DNA from: Lingula anatina
Lineage: Eukaryota > Animalia > Brachiopoda
Assembly (NCBI GenBank): GCA_051362555.1
Contig: CM120640.1
Location: 13,702,001 to 13,766,000, forward strand
DNA: 64,000 bases
Reading direction: 5' to 3'
Position 1 is the stretch's first letter, and each line of letters starts with the position of its first letter. Under the pieces are notes generated by a model. That model was not told the DNA's origin and did not search any database. It saw only the letters and a program-made list of their open reading frames with translations. This document shows, piece by piece, positions 13,901-40,881 of this stretch. Made by a program: the position numbers and the translations under genes.

Positions 13901-15755
13901 AGAGATGTCTACAGCTAGTGAACAGAAAGAGAAATATCTGTGAATATCTTGTGAAATTCAATCACTCTCTGGCCCCGGTTGAGGATAGGTATGTGATGCA
14001 CAAACACATCTTGGGTATGAGAACCAACTGGAAGCGTAGGTTCAAATGCGCAGTACCGATAGGATTGTGTGGTAACTAGAAGGCGAGGAATAACAAGATT
14101 TTGGTTGTATTTCACATTCAACATACCTTCTAGTATGTTCAGTCTTTTTAGGGCGATTGGAATTCTTTATGCACCAAAACAACTGGATATTGTACATTGC
14201 CTTAAACAACGCATTATATGAAGTGCTAGGTAGTTGCTGGTCATTGGAGACCGATTTTGCAGCTGCCGAAAACCGTGTAACACGCGTCCTTATCATAAGG
14301 TGGTGGTTTAATTGATTTACACGTTGTCCCTTGGAGGGTATTGTGCCTCATTATTGTCCAATATTTTTGTAGTCAATAGAAAATACATGCTATTCCTTGT
14401 AGTAATGAATTAATACAGAAAAAGATACTACTAAATAAACAATAAAGTTCAAGTTTCCAGGTAGAACACTGGATTCGAGCCAAAATGTTTCGACTAAAAT
14501 TTCATTATCCTTTGAATTCGTTATTTTATCCAAAAAATCCGTTATCATTTCTCTATACTAGATGAATATATAGGGGCTCAGGTTTCATTACATATCCAAG
14601 ATTCCAGAGAATTCGATTCGATTCGATTCCTCTGTGTACATAACATTATTTTTTTATGTTCCGATATTTAATAGTCTCAATTGCACTTGGAAATTCATAT
14701 CAAAACCTTTTCATGAAATTCAATACTATGCGTGTATGGAAAAGTTCTTTCTAATGTCGATATATTTAACGATATAATATTTAACAATGGCCGTCCCATT
14801 CCTGTGGTCTTACATTTTTGGTATCAGACTTTCTTATTTTGTATCTAAAGTTCAGTAAATTTTCAGCTAATATGAGGGGCTATCAGTGGGTCATTAGAGC
14901 TACTACCAGCTATGTACATGTATATAGCTTTCAAACAAATATATCACAGCCCCGAGGGAATATAAGAATAGGGTCCACTGAAAGAAAATAGGCCCCAATC
15001 GAGGCTGTGACCCATATGCAATCACTGATGATGGGTCTATCATTCCCCGAAGCTTCAAATTTCTGACAGGTATGGTTTAGGAGAAAATAGTAGGAATTAC
15101 AAATTGAAAAAAAAAATATCTACCCCCGCCCCACTGTGCACTATGTACAACCCTGACGACAGGTATATTAATTCCCAAAAGGTCTAGTTCCTCATTTTAA
15201 AAATTCACGAGGAGATAGATATTACGAACGCACGAGATAACATGATTTCGTTACTTTTGATACATTAGAGGCTGTTCAACCAACCGGCAGTTTTTGGGGC
15301 CTTCCAGTGAATTTAGGGTGTTCAAAGAATATACCATCATTTGCTGTTTTAATAATTTACTTAACTAGGAACTGACCAACACATAAATTTAGTAATTATG
15401 GTTTCGATCTGTTTCTTTGGTATTTTGTGCCTAAAATAACAGAACTAAAAGCTACGTTTAATATCGCCGGACAAATAAGGCACAAGTTTTTAACCAGCTG
15501 TCAACGTCACCTAACCTGTGCATCTAAACTACTTTGAATAATTTACATGACAAAGGGCTAAAAAAATTCTTTCGATGCAACACGTGTAAAAATGTTACCT
15601 GTTTAAATGATGAACACGGCTATAAATTACTCTTAATTTCTTCACGTTCTATTTAGTCACAGACCCGGATGCAATGCAAGGTTAGGTGTAAAACGTGAAG
15701 ATACAGACCAAAGGCATCAGCACACTTGATACTCTTTCACTAGCTTTACCTCAAG

Positions 15756-17519
15756 ATGGTTATAAGGTCCTTTTTTACTGCAGTTGTCATTGTGACAGGT
15801 AGGTAATTGGGGTATCTATGATACAAGCATTTTGAAGGAGTGCAAATGTATGACATTTTGCTGAATAATGAATTAACAACCAGTTAATCGAAATTTCCTT
15901 GAATGTCATATTTTGTTACATTACAAGTGGTGATACAATGACGGACAGATGCCATGGCCACTCGAGAGTGTATGATATCACTTTAAGAGCTCTGTTTGAA
16001 ATACGTGCCCACGTGTGCTTGAAATACGTCGAAGTGTGCTTAAATTTTTCTCTATATAGCCTAATGAACAGAAATAGAAATAGATCATATCATAGACTTA
16101 TAGATTTTATGGTATTCATCACCACGAGCGCCTTTATTAGGTTGTTACTACGAAGAGCTGAAAAGCATGGGACATTGGCAGTAATTTTCAAACCAGTTTA
16201 ACATTATCTAAAAACGTCTTTTTCTTAATTCGTAAGGGTACCAAAATATCGCTTTTCATTACTTTTCGGTATTTCGATAACTCTAAAAATGATTTCAACA
16301 TTTTGATATTAACTCTAGTGTAATCTGCTAAAATGCATACACTTTTAAGGGTATCTGGTGGCGACAACAAAAAGCATAGGGTCGAATCCAGTTGCATTCA
16401 CCACTGTTGCCACATCTACTGTCAGCTCTGCGGTCAGCCATGCTCAGCAGATTAATACTGCACAAAACAATATGACGACGACGACTACGGCCCCTAAAAG
16501 CATCAGTGCAGCGTTAGCTACAACGCCTACACTTATTGCGAATTCCGAGTCACCCACAACGACAAATGTAACCGTAACCAAGAGTGCTTTAGACACTTCT
16601 TCGAGGCCTGCCACAGACAAAAGTTCCAGTGGCACAGAAAACGATAGCGGCACAAAAACGGATCATGTTACAGTGGGGGGCAATCGTTCTATCTCTCTCG
16701 GTACCTCTGAGCCAACAGCTCCATCCCCAGCAGCATCTGGTTGCCCACCAAATGGTACAAGTAACGACCCAAAATGCAAGACTACAAGCACAATCCCCAG
16801 TACAAGTAACGATAACAGAACGGGAACGACCAGCGCTTTGACCAATTTGACACTATTGTCCGAGACCAGAGGAAGACCGACCACGCCGATCGTGAAGAAT
16901 CTCCAGCAACAGCAGTTAACAGATTACGAACACGCTGTTATTGGGTTAGCTGTCACATTGGCGGTTATTATGATCGCTGCAGTCGGCATGGTCATCCACA
17001 AGTGTCGCCGTTCAAACATGTAGGTACCCTGTATTAAATGCTCTTAACTTTAAAAACTAAAACTGAATTAGGGTTTAAACAACCACAGAGAGAGGAAGTA
17101 ACGTTTGTTTAAGATATTGCCTTATAACGCCTATTTGGTTTAAATAATACCAAACAAGTTGGTATGATAAGACACGGTTTACACTGTACATTTAACATCG
17201 TTATATTACAGGTACGGAGTTTCATACCCGGAAGAAGGGTCAAAAAGTCTGCGAGGGCAGTACGCGAGGTAAAAAGTAAAAAAATGTATTTAGCTTTGGC
17301 CATGTTCCTTAAAATTGTTGTTTATACGTGTCAGTTTCCTGATATAATTTTTCAATAACATTTTACTAAAAGCCGCTGATAACTACAGTAACATCAAATT
17401 CTTCACCAATCTATACCAGTCGGTCACCTATGCCTCTTTTTTAATTTTCCCCTTTTTGCCTGGATCAATTCTCTATCGTTCTATTGTTTTGCAGATTCTA
17501 CGATGACACTATACTTTAA
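15756..17519 (+). CDS. Type I single-pass Ser/Thr-rich mucin-like (sialomucin-like) membrane protein, 264 aa
   Basis: Exons 15756-15798 (MVIRSFFTAVVIVT-G, signal peptide), 16350-17019 (S/T-rich ectodomain with several N-x-S/T sequons, two Cys, TM AVIGLAVTLAVIMIAAVGMVI followed by HKCRR), 17212-17268 (YGVSYPEEGSKSLRGQYA), 17495-17519 (RFYDDTIL*). Phases are consistent; total 795 nt. Confidence 0.8.
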
Positions 17520-18965
17520 TAGGACCAAGAAGGCAACGGGAAAACAACTACGTGGAAAACTGCGATGTGTGGTGTTGGGGAAAAATCATCTGCAAGGGTC
17601 AGTAAAAAAGCACCTATGGGACGAGCATATCAAAAGACGTTTGGGGAGCACATAGACTACATGAAATTAGAAAGTTTAATCTGTGGACTATCATATTTCA
17701 AGCCTGCCTAATAACCTTTCCAGAACATTTGTACATGGCATGAATGCATATTTACGATATGCCTTCCAATGAACTTGTGTTGAATATTTACTGTAACAGT
17801 TGAATCTCTTATCAAAACGAGGGGGGGGGGGTCATAAATGTGTTTGTGTGTGTGCGTGTGGAGTAAAATAAAGTCAAACAAGGAAATATAACCCAAACTA
17901 AAAACAAAAATGCGTGACTAAGCCCATATATTTTGGTACAAATGCCTCTATAAATATTAAAGTTAAAAGAGGTTAGTATATTGAATTTTTTGTTGCAGTG
18001 CACTCCTTTTTGTTTCTTTTCTCGTTTTTTACTAGTATGTGCATATAATTTGTAAAACGTCTTTTATTTAGACATTGCAAGATAGGTTTGTTTTCTAGTG
18101 AAAATTAAACATATACACATCCATTAATCAAACTTAGTTGTGAGTATAAATTAATTTCTAGGAATAATGTTCAGTACTTAAAAATTTAACTCGTATCAAC
18201 TTTTTACCCAAATGAATACCATGTGATAATACTATAGAAAAATGTGCCACCGAGGCAATTTTTACATCTTTTAATGGCAGTTCCTCCAGGGCACCAGTAT
18301 AATTGTTTTTCAGTTTTTTTAGCGTCTTCTATATCATTTGTTTGTAGAATATCTCTTGCCAGACAACTGAAGGCTTTAATATCTTATCTGGTTTTCAAAT
18401 TTAAATTTCAATCGTTTAAGCAATCACATACCTTTTATTATTGTCTATGAAACTATAGCATTAATACATGGGGACATGAAAAGTTATTACAATATTATTG
18501 ACTTATCTGATTCATTATCCAAGATTTTATTCAAACAAGAAAAGAAATAGAATTAAATGAAAATAATTTGCTAGCAGTCGTTTCTCATCCCATGTAATAA
18601 GAAGTATGATAACCAGGTACAGTTAAACAAGAAATCTTAATAAACAGAGATATTTTGTCCATACATGAATTTTTTCTTTTTACATGGACTGTGTTTTTTT
18701 AAATCACAAATGCATTTAAATAAAGACATAAACATCTTCAACAATCTCTGAGTCATTTAAAGAAAGAAATCACTATCATTGCACATTTTCTCATGATAAA
18801 GTGCTAAAAATCATGAAGTCAACTACTTTACACCAAGCATAGAAAAAAGTGGTAATTTGAGGTTAACAAACAACAGAAGGATGGTCAATTTGTTTCAGAA
18901 AATAATCTATGTTGAAAAAGTTATCCATTCCAGTGTTACTGCAAGGAGGCCTTTGTAAATATCCC

Positions 18966-18996
<31 letters not shown>

Positions 18997-19425
18997 TTCT
19001 ATATAAATACTGTATTTTTGGGGGAGAGGCCACCATGAGTAGTACTCACTCTTATTACCACTGATACACTAGTGTCAAAACTGGATTCTGTCATAAATCT
19101 CAGGAAAGCAACATTAAAAATAAAGATATTATATAAACATAACAAACAAGTTTATTTTAATAAAAAAATAATAATAATCCTAATAATACCTAAGTTAAAT
19201 AAATAAACTAAAAAAACAAATATGCCCTGGTTGCATACCCCCAAAGCTGATAACACTAGTATTTGAGATCATTGGTAAGTCTGCAAAAGTAAGTTTTAGT
19301 ATAGATAAATATCTCCTTAAAATCAAAAGTATACAAATCAGTCATCAATACATCTATTAGTAATAAATAACTATATCTATCTATGATTTTCACTTTCATT
19401 TGACTACTGTAATAAATGTCTAACT

Positions 19426-21523
19426 TCAAAGTTCCAGCACTCCTCTCTGTTTCAGCAACACATCTAATTCACATTCTAACTTCTTATTTGTTCCTCTCAA
19501 GCCTTTAATAACATTAGCAGACCACTGAAAATATTCCTGCACTCTGTTCTCTGTCCAGCCATTAGGAGTACATCTGTTAAGGTCACGGAGATTATACAAT
19601 TTATCTGCTAGTTTGACCAGTTTTGCTTTGGGACTAGAGTGTGGGGCATGTTCAATCTGCTGGAGTTTTCGCTCTGCTTTGGGAAGAGATTTGTCATCAG
19701 TCACCTCTCGAACTATATCTGAAAAAAAAAAAAAAAGACAGACAGTTACAGAAAAATCATTCCTGATGTGCTACAAATTCATTGTCAGCTTCATTTCCAC
19801 TGTTCATCTTCACCTACAATATTTTAGATACATGTATACATTAACAAACTTAAACCAAAAATGTATATATTCATAGAACAGGTACACAAGTACAAAACAG
19901 GACAATTATTTAGTATGTCCAGTTTCCCATTCATGTTTAAATTAACCTAACTTCATTGTAAACCAATAAATACAACAAGAATGTCCATCAATAAATTTTC
20001 CATTTAATTTTAAATGACTCAAATTAGTCCCCATTTTAAATCCGTCTTAAGAAATTCAAAAGACACTAAAATAGTTTCCATATGCACCCCCCAACCCTCA
20101 ATGGTTGCGACCCCTATGCCTATACATCCCTTTTCTTGTATCAACAGTTTGTTTAAAATTATCCATTCCAGTATTAATGCAATGACCATCTAAAAGGGTA
20201 AATGGAAGGTTCCACTTTCAAAAAGACAGTGAAATTGGAGCACCACTGGTGAAGGTGGTGCCAGGGGAGCGGAGTCTGACAGTTTCTCAGCTTAAAACAT
20301 ACTTGTGACTGCACTCCCAAAGGTCTCCTCTAGTTCCTTAAATGTAGTTTTTGTGTCTTCCACTGTATCATGCAGTAGAGCAGCCTGAGGAAAAAAATTT
20401 GGATTGATAAACACACATACACACACACTAGGCATTATTATACAGAGAGTAATTTGTTCTTTGTAGGCAGTTACATTAATGCCAAACCATCCATCCATTC
20501 CAATAAAGGAGCTTGATAGGTTACTAAGACATAATAAAACACTATTATTTCCTTTTTAAAGCCCACAATTCAAAATTCACTTTAGTTTTCAATGATACTT
20601 GTATTTCATATATTAGAAAATTTCATTCACTTTGGTAGCATGGGTATTTTATTTCAGTCAAAGAGCATGTACCTAATTGTCACAGTCAGTATTAACGTAC
20701 CTGTATAACATCTAAGTCTGTTATATCAGCTTCTTCTGTGAGAATGTAAGCCACCCCTAAAATGCAAATTATCCATACAATTTATAATTTAATATAATAT
20801 AACTTAATTGAAGGGAAACCAACTCTACATAGAAGATTCAACATTCCACAATAAATACATTGTATTAACCACATACAGAAATATTATAAATTCCATTTTA
20901 CTACCAGGGGGTTATGACAATTACTCTGTTTGCTGTCATACCATGTGGAACTTCAAAGGCTACCCTTCAAAAACCACACTTAAAAAAACCCAATCAACTA
21001 ACTCTGAATGTTGGAATGGATTAACCACTGGAAATGGGTAAATGAAAATATAGTCATTTACCCCTCATTTTCAAAAAACGACCCCCCCCCCTTTGAAATT
21101 GCTCGCTACGGGCCTGTAATTAATCATTTTTTTGCAGCACATCTAATCATACTTATAATATTCAAAGAATATGCAGATCAATAGTACAAAAGTAATGTCA
21201 GCTTTCATTACAATTTTGCATCATTCATTACATCTCTGATCGTGTCGACACAGTAATTATTTACCACGGTGGGCTGACTTTAAAAAGAATGCTGACTAAA
21301 CATACATGTAATGCCATCTTGCTCTTATTCACTGTTAGAGTGTAGATCTATTAATTTTAATCACGTCTGCGATGAAATGCAGGCGTAGATCTGACTACTG
21401 GTACAAACCTATGGGATGGTTGATGTATGGGGTTTGCTCTCGGTCCTTTCGTCTTTGTTTACTGTGTTTGAGAGCGGCAAAATTAGTACATTTGATCAAA
21501 ATCTGTGCTGGTACCCGATCCAT
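19426..21523 (-). CDS. HDDC3: HD-domain hydrolase MESH1 (metazoan SpoT homolog; ppGpp/NADPH phosphatase), 181 aa
   Basis: Exons 21523-21409, 20756-20701, 20384-20303, 19718-19426; 546 nt. Motifs FAALKHSKQRRKD..TPYINHPIGVAYIL, AALLHDTVEDT, VREVTDDKSLPKAERK, KLVKLADKLYNLRDL. Confidence 0.95.
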
Positions 21524-21739
21524 TTTATGATAGTTTGCTTCGGTTGTGTTTTGTCTCAACTACAGCATGCAGGTCACCACAGTAACGTGGATAGTTTGTT
21601 CCATGTAAGTTTTCCTTCAAATTACAATATAAAACTGAGCGAAGGGTACAAATATATTGATCAACTGACCCTTCGAACCGTGATATACGAAAAGGACCGA
21701 CGTAAGAGGGAGAAAATAAACGCAACGTACGACAAGCTT

Positions 21740-21997
21740 CCTTACCCTTGTGTGGAACTCGTTTTCAACCTTATCCACGAAGCTGTATAACGTTTTTTTT
21801 TGTCCAACAACGAGGCAGCATCTCGGAGACAAAAAATCACGCTCAATCCGAGAGAAAACGAGAGTTAGTTAGTTCTAGCTTAACTTCCGGGTGTCGTATC
21901 TGTGTATAGAAATTAAGATGCCGATTAGCACGATGCTCACTGCGAATAACTTGGTCTCCCATATTCCTTAGCAGTCTTATCCAGTATATAGGTAAGT
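21740..21997. promoter_or_regulatory. Putative bidirectional promoter between HDDC3 (-) and Src-family gene 1 (+)
   Basis: CpG-containing segment with ETS-type ACTTCCGG at 21883-21890. It is flanked by oppositely oriented strong donors: + strand ag|gtaagt at 21991/21992 and - strand gg|gtaagg near 21745. This fits divergent non-coding first exons. Confidence 0.5.
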
Positions 21998-24506
21998 GTA
22001 AATGCTATGTCTAAAATCCAAGGTTAGAGGAAGATAACGAACGCAGGAGCACGACGTCAAATGCCTCCACCTGTCTCGAGTCGCACTCCCAGCATTTGCG
22101 GCTATTGCCACTGCACTCGGCAATGTTAGCTTACTGCTGCCCACCCCGACTTACATTTATGTTACTTGGGGATTGAAAGAGCTACTTATGGGACCAGTCA
22201 TGAGGTTGTGCATATTTTTTCAAGGAGATGCAGAGGGTTTATGAAGTGAACTGAAACAAAATTGTTTTAAGTGGTTGAGTAGTTATCAAATTACCCTTGT
22301 TTCGATACAGTTCCTACCCTAGCCATTGTGGGAAACCACATTTCAGTTTGCTAAATCACAAGATTTTCTTTTGAAATACTGCCAGCACCAGTGCAGCCAC
22401 TGTCCTGTGTACCTTGTCTTGGGTTCTATTTTTTAAAGCCAGTTTATCATCTGAGGTAATAACTGTAGCTTACATGGAATACATTTCAGAATATCAAAAA
22501 ATAAAAATGATTTTCTGATATTTTGGTCACAAATAGGAAGTGATGATATCTTCTTTTTAACTGATCTGGAGTTTAATTAGGATTGAAAATTCAAGAGTGT
22601 TGTTACTTGAATACTTTTACGTATTGATTTTTTTTAGCTTGGACAAAGTAAGAAGAGCCCCACTATTTAGTGGTAAGGTTTAAAAAGCCTTGAGAAGCAC
22701 CCTATAGAGCAGTATGGTATAAAGATGTTATCAGCATTAAACAAATTAGTGGCGTGAAAGCTCATGGCAATGTAATAATTTTGTCTTCAGTTTTTCTGTC
22801 CTGTTCTGTCTGCCAAACAAATGAACTTGAGGCGTTGTTTAAGAAGAGTAAAGGCACCAGTCTCTGGTTTCCTAGTGTAGTAACTTCACCTAGAATGATA
22901 TGGCTTCAATAATCTTATATGATGTATCTGACCCCAAATAACAGGCCTACCCAACTACCAGACTCGGCACTGAATTATCCCGAATTTACTGGTAGATCAG
23001 ACCACACCACCCGTTTTCAAGGTGTGCGTCAGTACACATTTCGCAGTATCATACCCGGGAACAAATTTTGAGATGAGATGCACTACTTTCCAACCCCGCT
23101 GAGAATCATCACTATCACATTGCGTACTAGGCAAGTGCGGTGGAAATGGAAATCTAATGAGGGCCTCACTGCCTACACAACATCATTCTAGTTGAAATCA
23201 CTGCTAGTTGGCAATAAGAGAAAATACTAGTAACCACATTGCAGAAAATTGTTTTTTTTTCTCATATATATGTTTGGTTGTAGTAACTTTGGTCGTCTTG
23301 ATATTATACCTTTTGTTGAACATCTGGTTTTAAAGCAGTTTTAACAGAAAATGAGGGACTTTTGCAGCATTCCCCATACCATGTAACTTTGTGATATTCA
23401 ATATCTTTTCTAAATTAATTTGTATGGTGACTTTGAGCAAGTAAATTAGTTTGGCAATTGATTTACTTATTTTGATATATTCCTTACATGAAGCTTAATG
23501 CCTTCCAAATATTATTAGAGCCAAGCTTATCGCTGTGGTGAAAATTTGCTATAATCTAAAAATTAAAGAACTGGAAGTTTTATTAAAAAAAGATAATAAA
23601 TAACTCAATAAATTTCCAAATGAATTAATTTGAATAGTATAGAGGCTGATGAAAGTCACCACATAACTTTATTTTGATTGAAAATTATACCCCCCCCCCC
23701 ACTTTCACTCTCTAAGGAAACGAGTCTTTTTCATATTTAAACTGAAAACATGCACAGAAAAAAAGGAAATAAGCATTACATTAACTATCCACTTATTAAT
23801 TGGAAGTGTACCACATGGCTGTTGGGTTGTGATAATTCAAATTTTTTTCATGTCAAGTAAAAATTGCCTTCACTGCCAAGAAGAAACTTTTGAGCATGTA
23901 AGAGGGATAATAAGAGGAAAGCAGCATGACAATAATTACAAAAAGTGGGGTTTATATTATACAGGCCATCTGGTAAATGTTGTAAGGCCATACGCGTGGA
24001 TAACAGCAAACTGGTTTTCTTTTTCCTTTTTCTCCTGTTTTAGTAGTGGCAGTTGTAGTAGTAGTAGTGAAAGGTCCTTGCACATTGGAGGATTTGTCAT
24101 GTTTTCAGGCAATTCAGTGTAAAACAGATCACATAAAACAGAAAAAGAACAACACTAACATCAGGTTTTGGCAAATAATGTATACCTTGTATATTTAAGA
24201 TAAATCATTGAGACACCATTCAGATATCTTCTCGACAACAGTGAGACTTTTCATCCATTAATAGATCCCTTTAAAATTGCATGGTGCATGGTTATAACTT
24301 ACACGTTAAATATTTGTTATAAATACAGAAATGTGCCCTAGTTTAAGTTTCTCTCATTGATCTGTATTATAAATGTTCTTCAAAAGCATTGTAACAACTA
24401 TTGAACTGGGTACGAGTTAGTGGGGCTGATGAAAATATGAAAATGTTCACCCTTAGAATTTTGAACAAGGAGTTTTAATGTAGATCCAAATATTGATTTA
24501 AAAAAA

Positions 24507-24528
24507 TGTGTGTGTGTGTATGTGTGTA

Positions 24529-24578
<50 letters not shown>
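24507..24578. repeat. (GT)n microsatellite
   Basis: Direct reading; interrupted near its start. Confidence 0.9.
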
Positions 24579-24579
<1 letters not shown>

Positions 24580-27120
24580 TGTATAGCTGAAGTATAAATG
24601 GATAATTAATATTATGTCAAGAGGCAACTATATATGCAAAAGGTTAATATATATGAATTTTGGATTACCCTTGATATATTGCACTGGGATATCTATTCTT
24701 TTGTCATTTAAATTGTTTGTACAGAGCCTGCTTATTATGTATAACATTAGATAAAAAAGATTTTGCATCAATAAAGACTGTGGGAAGTTAGATAAGGGGC
24801 TCAGTTAAAGGCCCTAGTTTTGATGGATGAAGATAATGTTGAATTTAAATATGTGCATTTCTGGTTTTATTACCTTAGCCTTTGCAATAGTATTTAATCT
24901 TTATTGCATGCTCCTCTGGAGATAGAATGTTAATAACCTTGGGATATCTTTGTAAGCACATCGAGAACTCCATTAAATTGAAGTAGACACACTGTAATTT
25001 TTTTAACCTGTAGTTGTTTTCCTGATTCATTGCTGTACGTCACAAAATGCCATTCCAGAGTTCATCCAAATACAGTTTTCAGTGTAAAACATTTATAATG
25101 ATATAAAGTTGTGCTATCATTTTAAGGTGGCACTGGTTAAAATTGACTATCCTGTCATGTAAACATTTTGATAGCCATTCTATGGGATCGTAGGATCTGC
25201 ACCTTGTTTAGTTAAGTCAGTTAATTTGGTTTAATTGTGAGCCTGGAGCCAGGGAGCTCTGAGTGTTTCTCCAGTTGTATGGAAAAGAAGAAACATCTCA
25301 TCAATAGGGTGAAGGAGAATTTTTCTTATTGAGCTACAGCTCATGGTTTCTAGTACAAAATCAAGCAGTTATAAAATAAGGGTTTTACTCAAAATAGCAT
25401 TGTTTGACAAATATATTATAAGGATGTTTAAAAAGACTGCCTGTGTCTAGTCTCCTACTCCTATAATTATCTCTGTAATGATTTATATTTTCTTGACAAC
25501 TGTATCATGGGACTTCAGTTGTACTTAGAAAATTTGGCATTCAATCCATATGTTTGGAAACTATGTTCAGTTTATTGCTGGAAAGGTATGTGTACACACT
25601 TTACTTGTAGGTGTCAGTGTATGATTCATCATGGTTTGTGGAATTTTTTCAAAGGAGACAAGGTGGAATTGATAAGTATTGTTATTTGCTTATACCCACT
25701 AGAAGCGGGGAAACTTTAGGTGTAAAATGGTAATGATTTACAATGGTCTGTTGACCTTACTTATATCTTATGTCATTTGTGCTGAATTTTAGATACAATG
25801 TAGATGTTCATGAAGTAATTTTGAAAAATGGTAGAACTTATTATTGCTGGATACTAAATCAAACCTCTGATGAATTTGTTATGATGAGTCACCAGTCCGA
25901 ACAGTCTATCACTAAGAGACCTGGATTCCATTGGAGAAGAAATCTTAGTCTTTGATGGCTTTATTCTAAAAAATCTTGTCTGGTTAAATTGTGATCAGAA
26001 AGAATATCAAAGACTGTTTATGCATTATTTTACAGCCCAAGAAGTAAGTCCCAAGACCAAAACCTGTATCTTAAAATGGAGTTCTCCTCAATTTTCTTTA
26101 TATATGTTAGCTGTCTTTGGTGAGATGACTACCTTACTTTAAGTGGGCTAATAATTTGTAAAATAGCCTGAGACTGCTATCGCTCAGAAGACTTGGTGTA
26201 GTCAGCTGCTAGTGTTTTGAAGACTTAATGCAATCAGCTAGAGATAACCCTGTATCTGAGGTAACAGGTCTCATAAACGATAATTGCGGTTTCTGATTGC
26301 GTATGCTGAAATAATGACTCAAACCACAACTTCATGATGCTAATGAAAAAATAGTGGTTCTCATCTATCACATAAAATATCACAAAGTTTTTGGCCAGGT
26401 TTTATACAGATTTTATACTTTTATCTTGCTGTTTAAATACAGATTTTTTTCAACCCAAACTATTTTCAGTGTCCTCTTGAGAATCTCTAACATGCACAGA
26501 ACAAACAGAACGTGTAGGTAAATGGATACATGGTTCATGAAATTATGGTTTGGGTCGTTAATTTAGCAAGGACCCGCATTATTTCAAATTGTGGCTGACT
26601 ACTAGGGTTGGACAGGGGATGATGAATATGATTATTTTTTTGTGATATTGATATAGGCCATTTATCTTTCATTTTATGTTTTAAACATTTAATTGTTGTC
26701 AAATAAGTTCAACAAGAAGAAATCCATGCACTTAGAATGCATTTGAAATCCTATCATTTGCATCTTTAAGCATGCTTAAAATTTTTGAGTTTTGTAAAAT
26801 GTGGATATGGTATTATGATTCAAAATAGTAATAGCTTTATATTTGTTTTGCTGGTGTCCAAAAACTGTTTTTTGATAAGAACTAACATATCGCCTGTAAA
26901 GCTAGAGGTCTACAAAGGAACACTACATCACTGTTGCTTGCCTCTTTTAATACTATTCCAATCAGCACACTCTATATTGATGACTTGTCCTGCTTCTGCA
27001 GCACTGAGAAGTATTCTATAACAATTGATCATGTGTCTCATGCTTTTTTTTTTCAGGGCTACCGAGTAGTTGCAGATATTTTCATCTCTATATAATATAT
27101 ACGTGTATGGTAGGAGAATC

Positions 27121-40450
<13,330 letters not shown>

Positions 40451-40881
40451 ATGAATTAGTAGGCTTGATATAAAGGCAAGGATATTCTTAGTGTCAGTTG
40501 AAATATTATGTGTTGCTTTGTGGTGGTAAAAGGATTGTAAAGCCTAGATTATAGAACTTGTGGGATCATTTAAAGTGTAAATAACAAGTAGCACAATTTT
40601 TGAATTCATTAAATACAGTAGATAATAAGAAATTAAATGTTTTAGCACAACCATGTAACAAATTGATATTTGCTTATTGCTTCAAAGTAGCTATGTGACT
40701 TTCATTTATTTTCATTATCTTTTATGGCTATATTTATGTTTTACTAACTAACCCTCAGGAATGTGTTTTCCGCAGTGGTTGCATTCTCCTTGCACTGCTT
40801 TTACTTGAGAATGTGAATAGTGGTGTAATTACAAAGAAGAATGTAGATAAAAGTTGCATAATACCTACATTTGTTTTTTAG

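Noticed and set aside
14930-15250. Segment that looks like an interspersed repeat fragment
   Set aside because: No termini, TSD or second copy could be identified within the window.
16358-17023. ORF-track protein as a complete single-exon gene ending ..RRSNM*
   Set aside because: It starts at GTG with no signal peptide, and the stop overlaps a donor (AT|gtaggt). The spliced model supplies both a signal peptide and a coherent tail.
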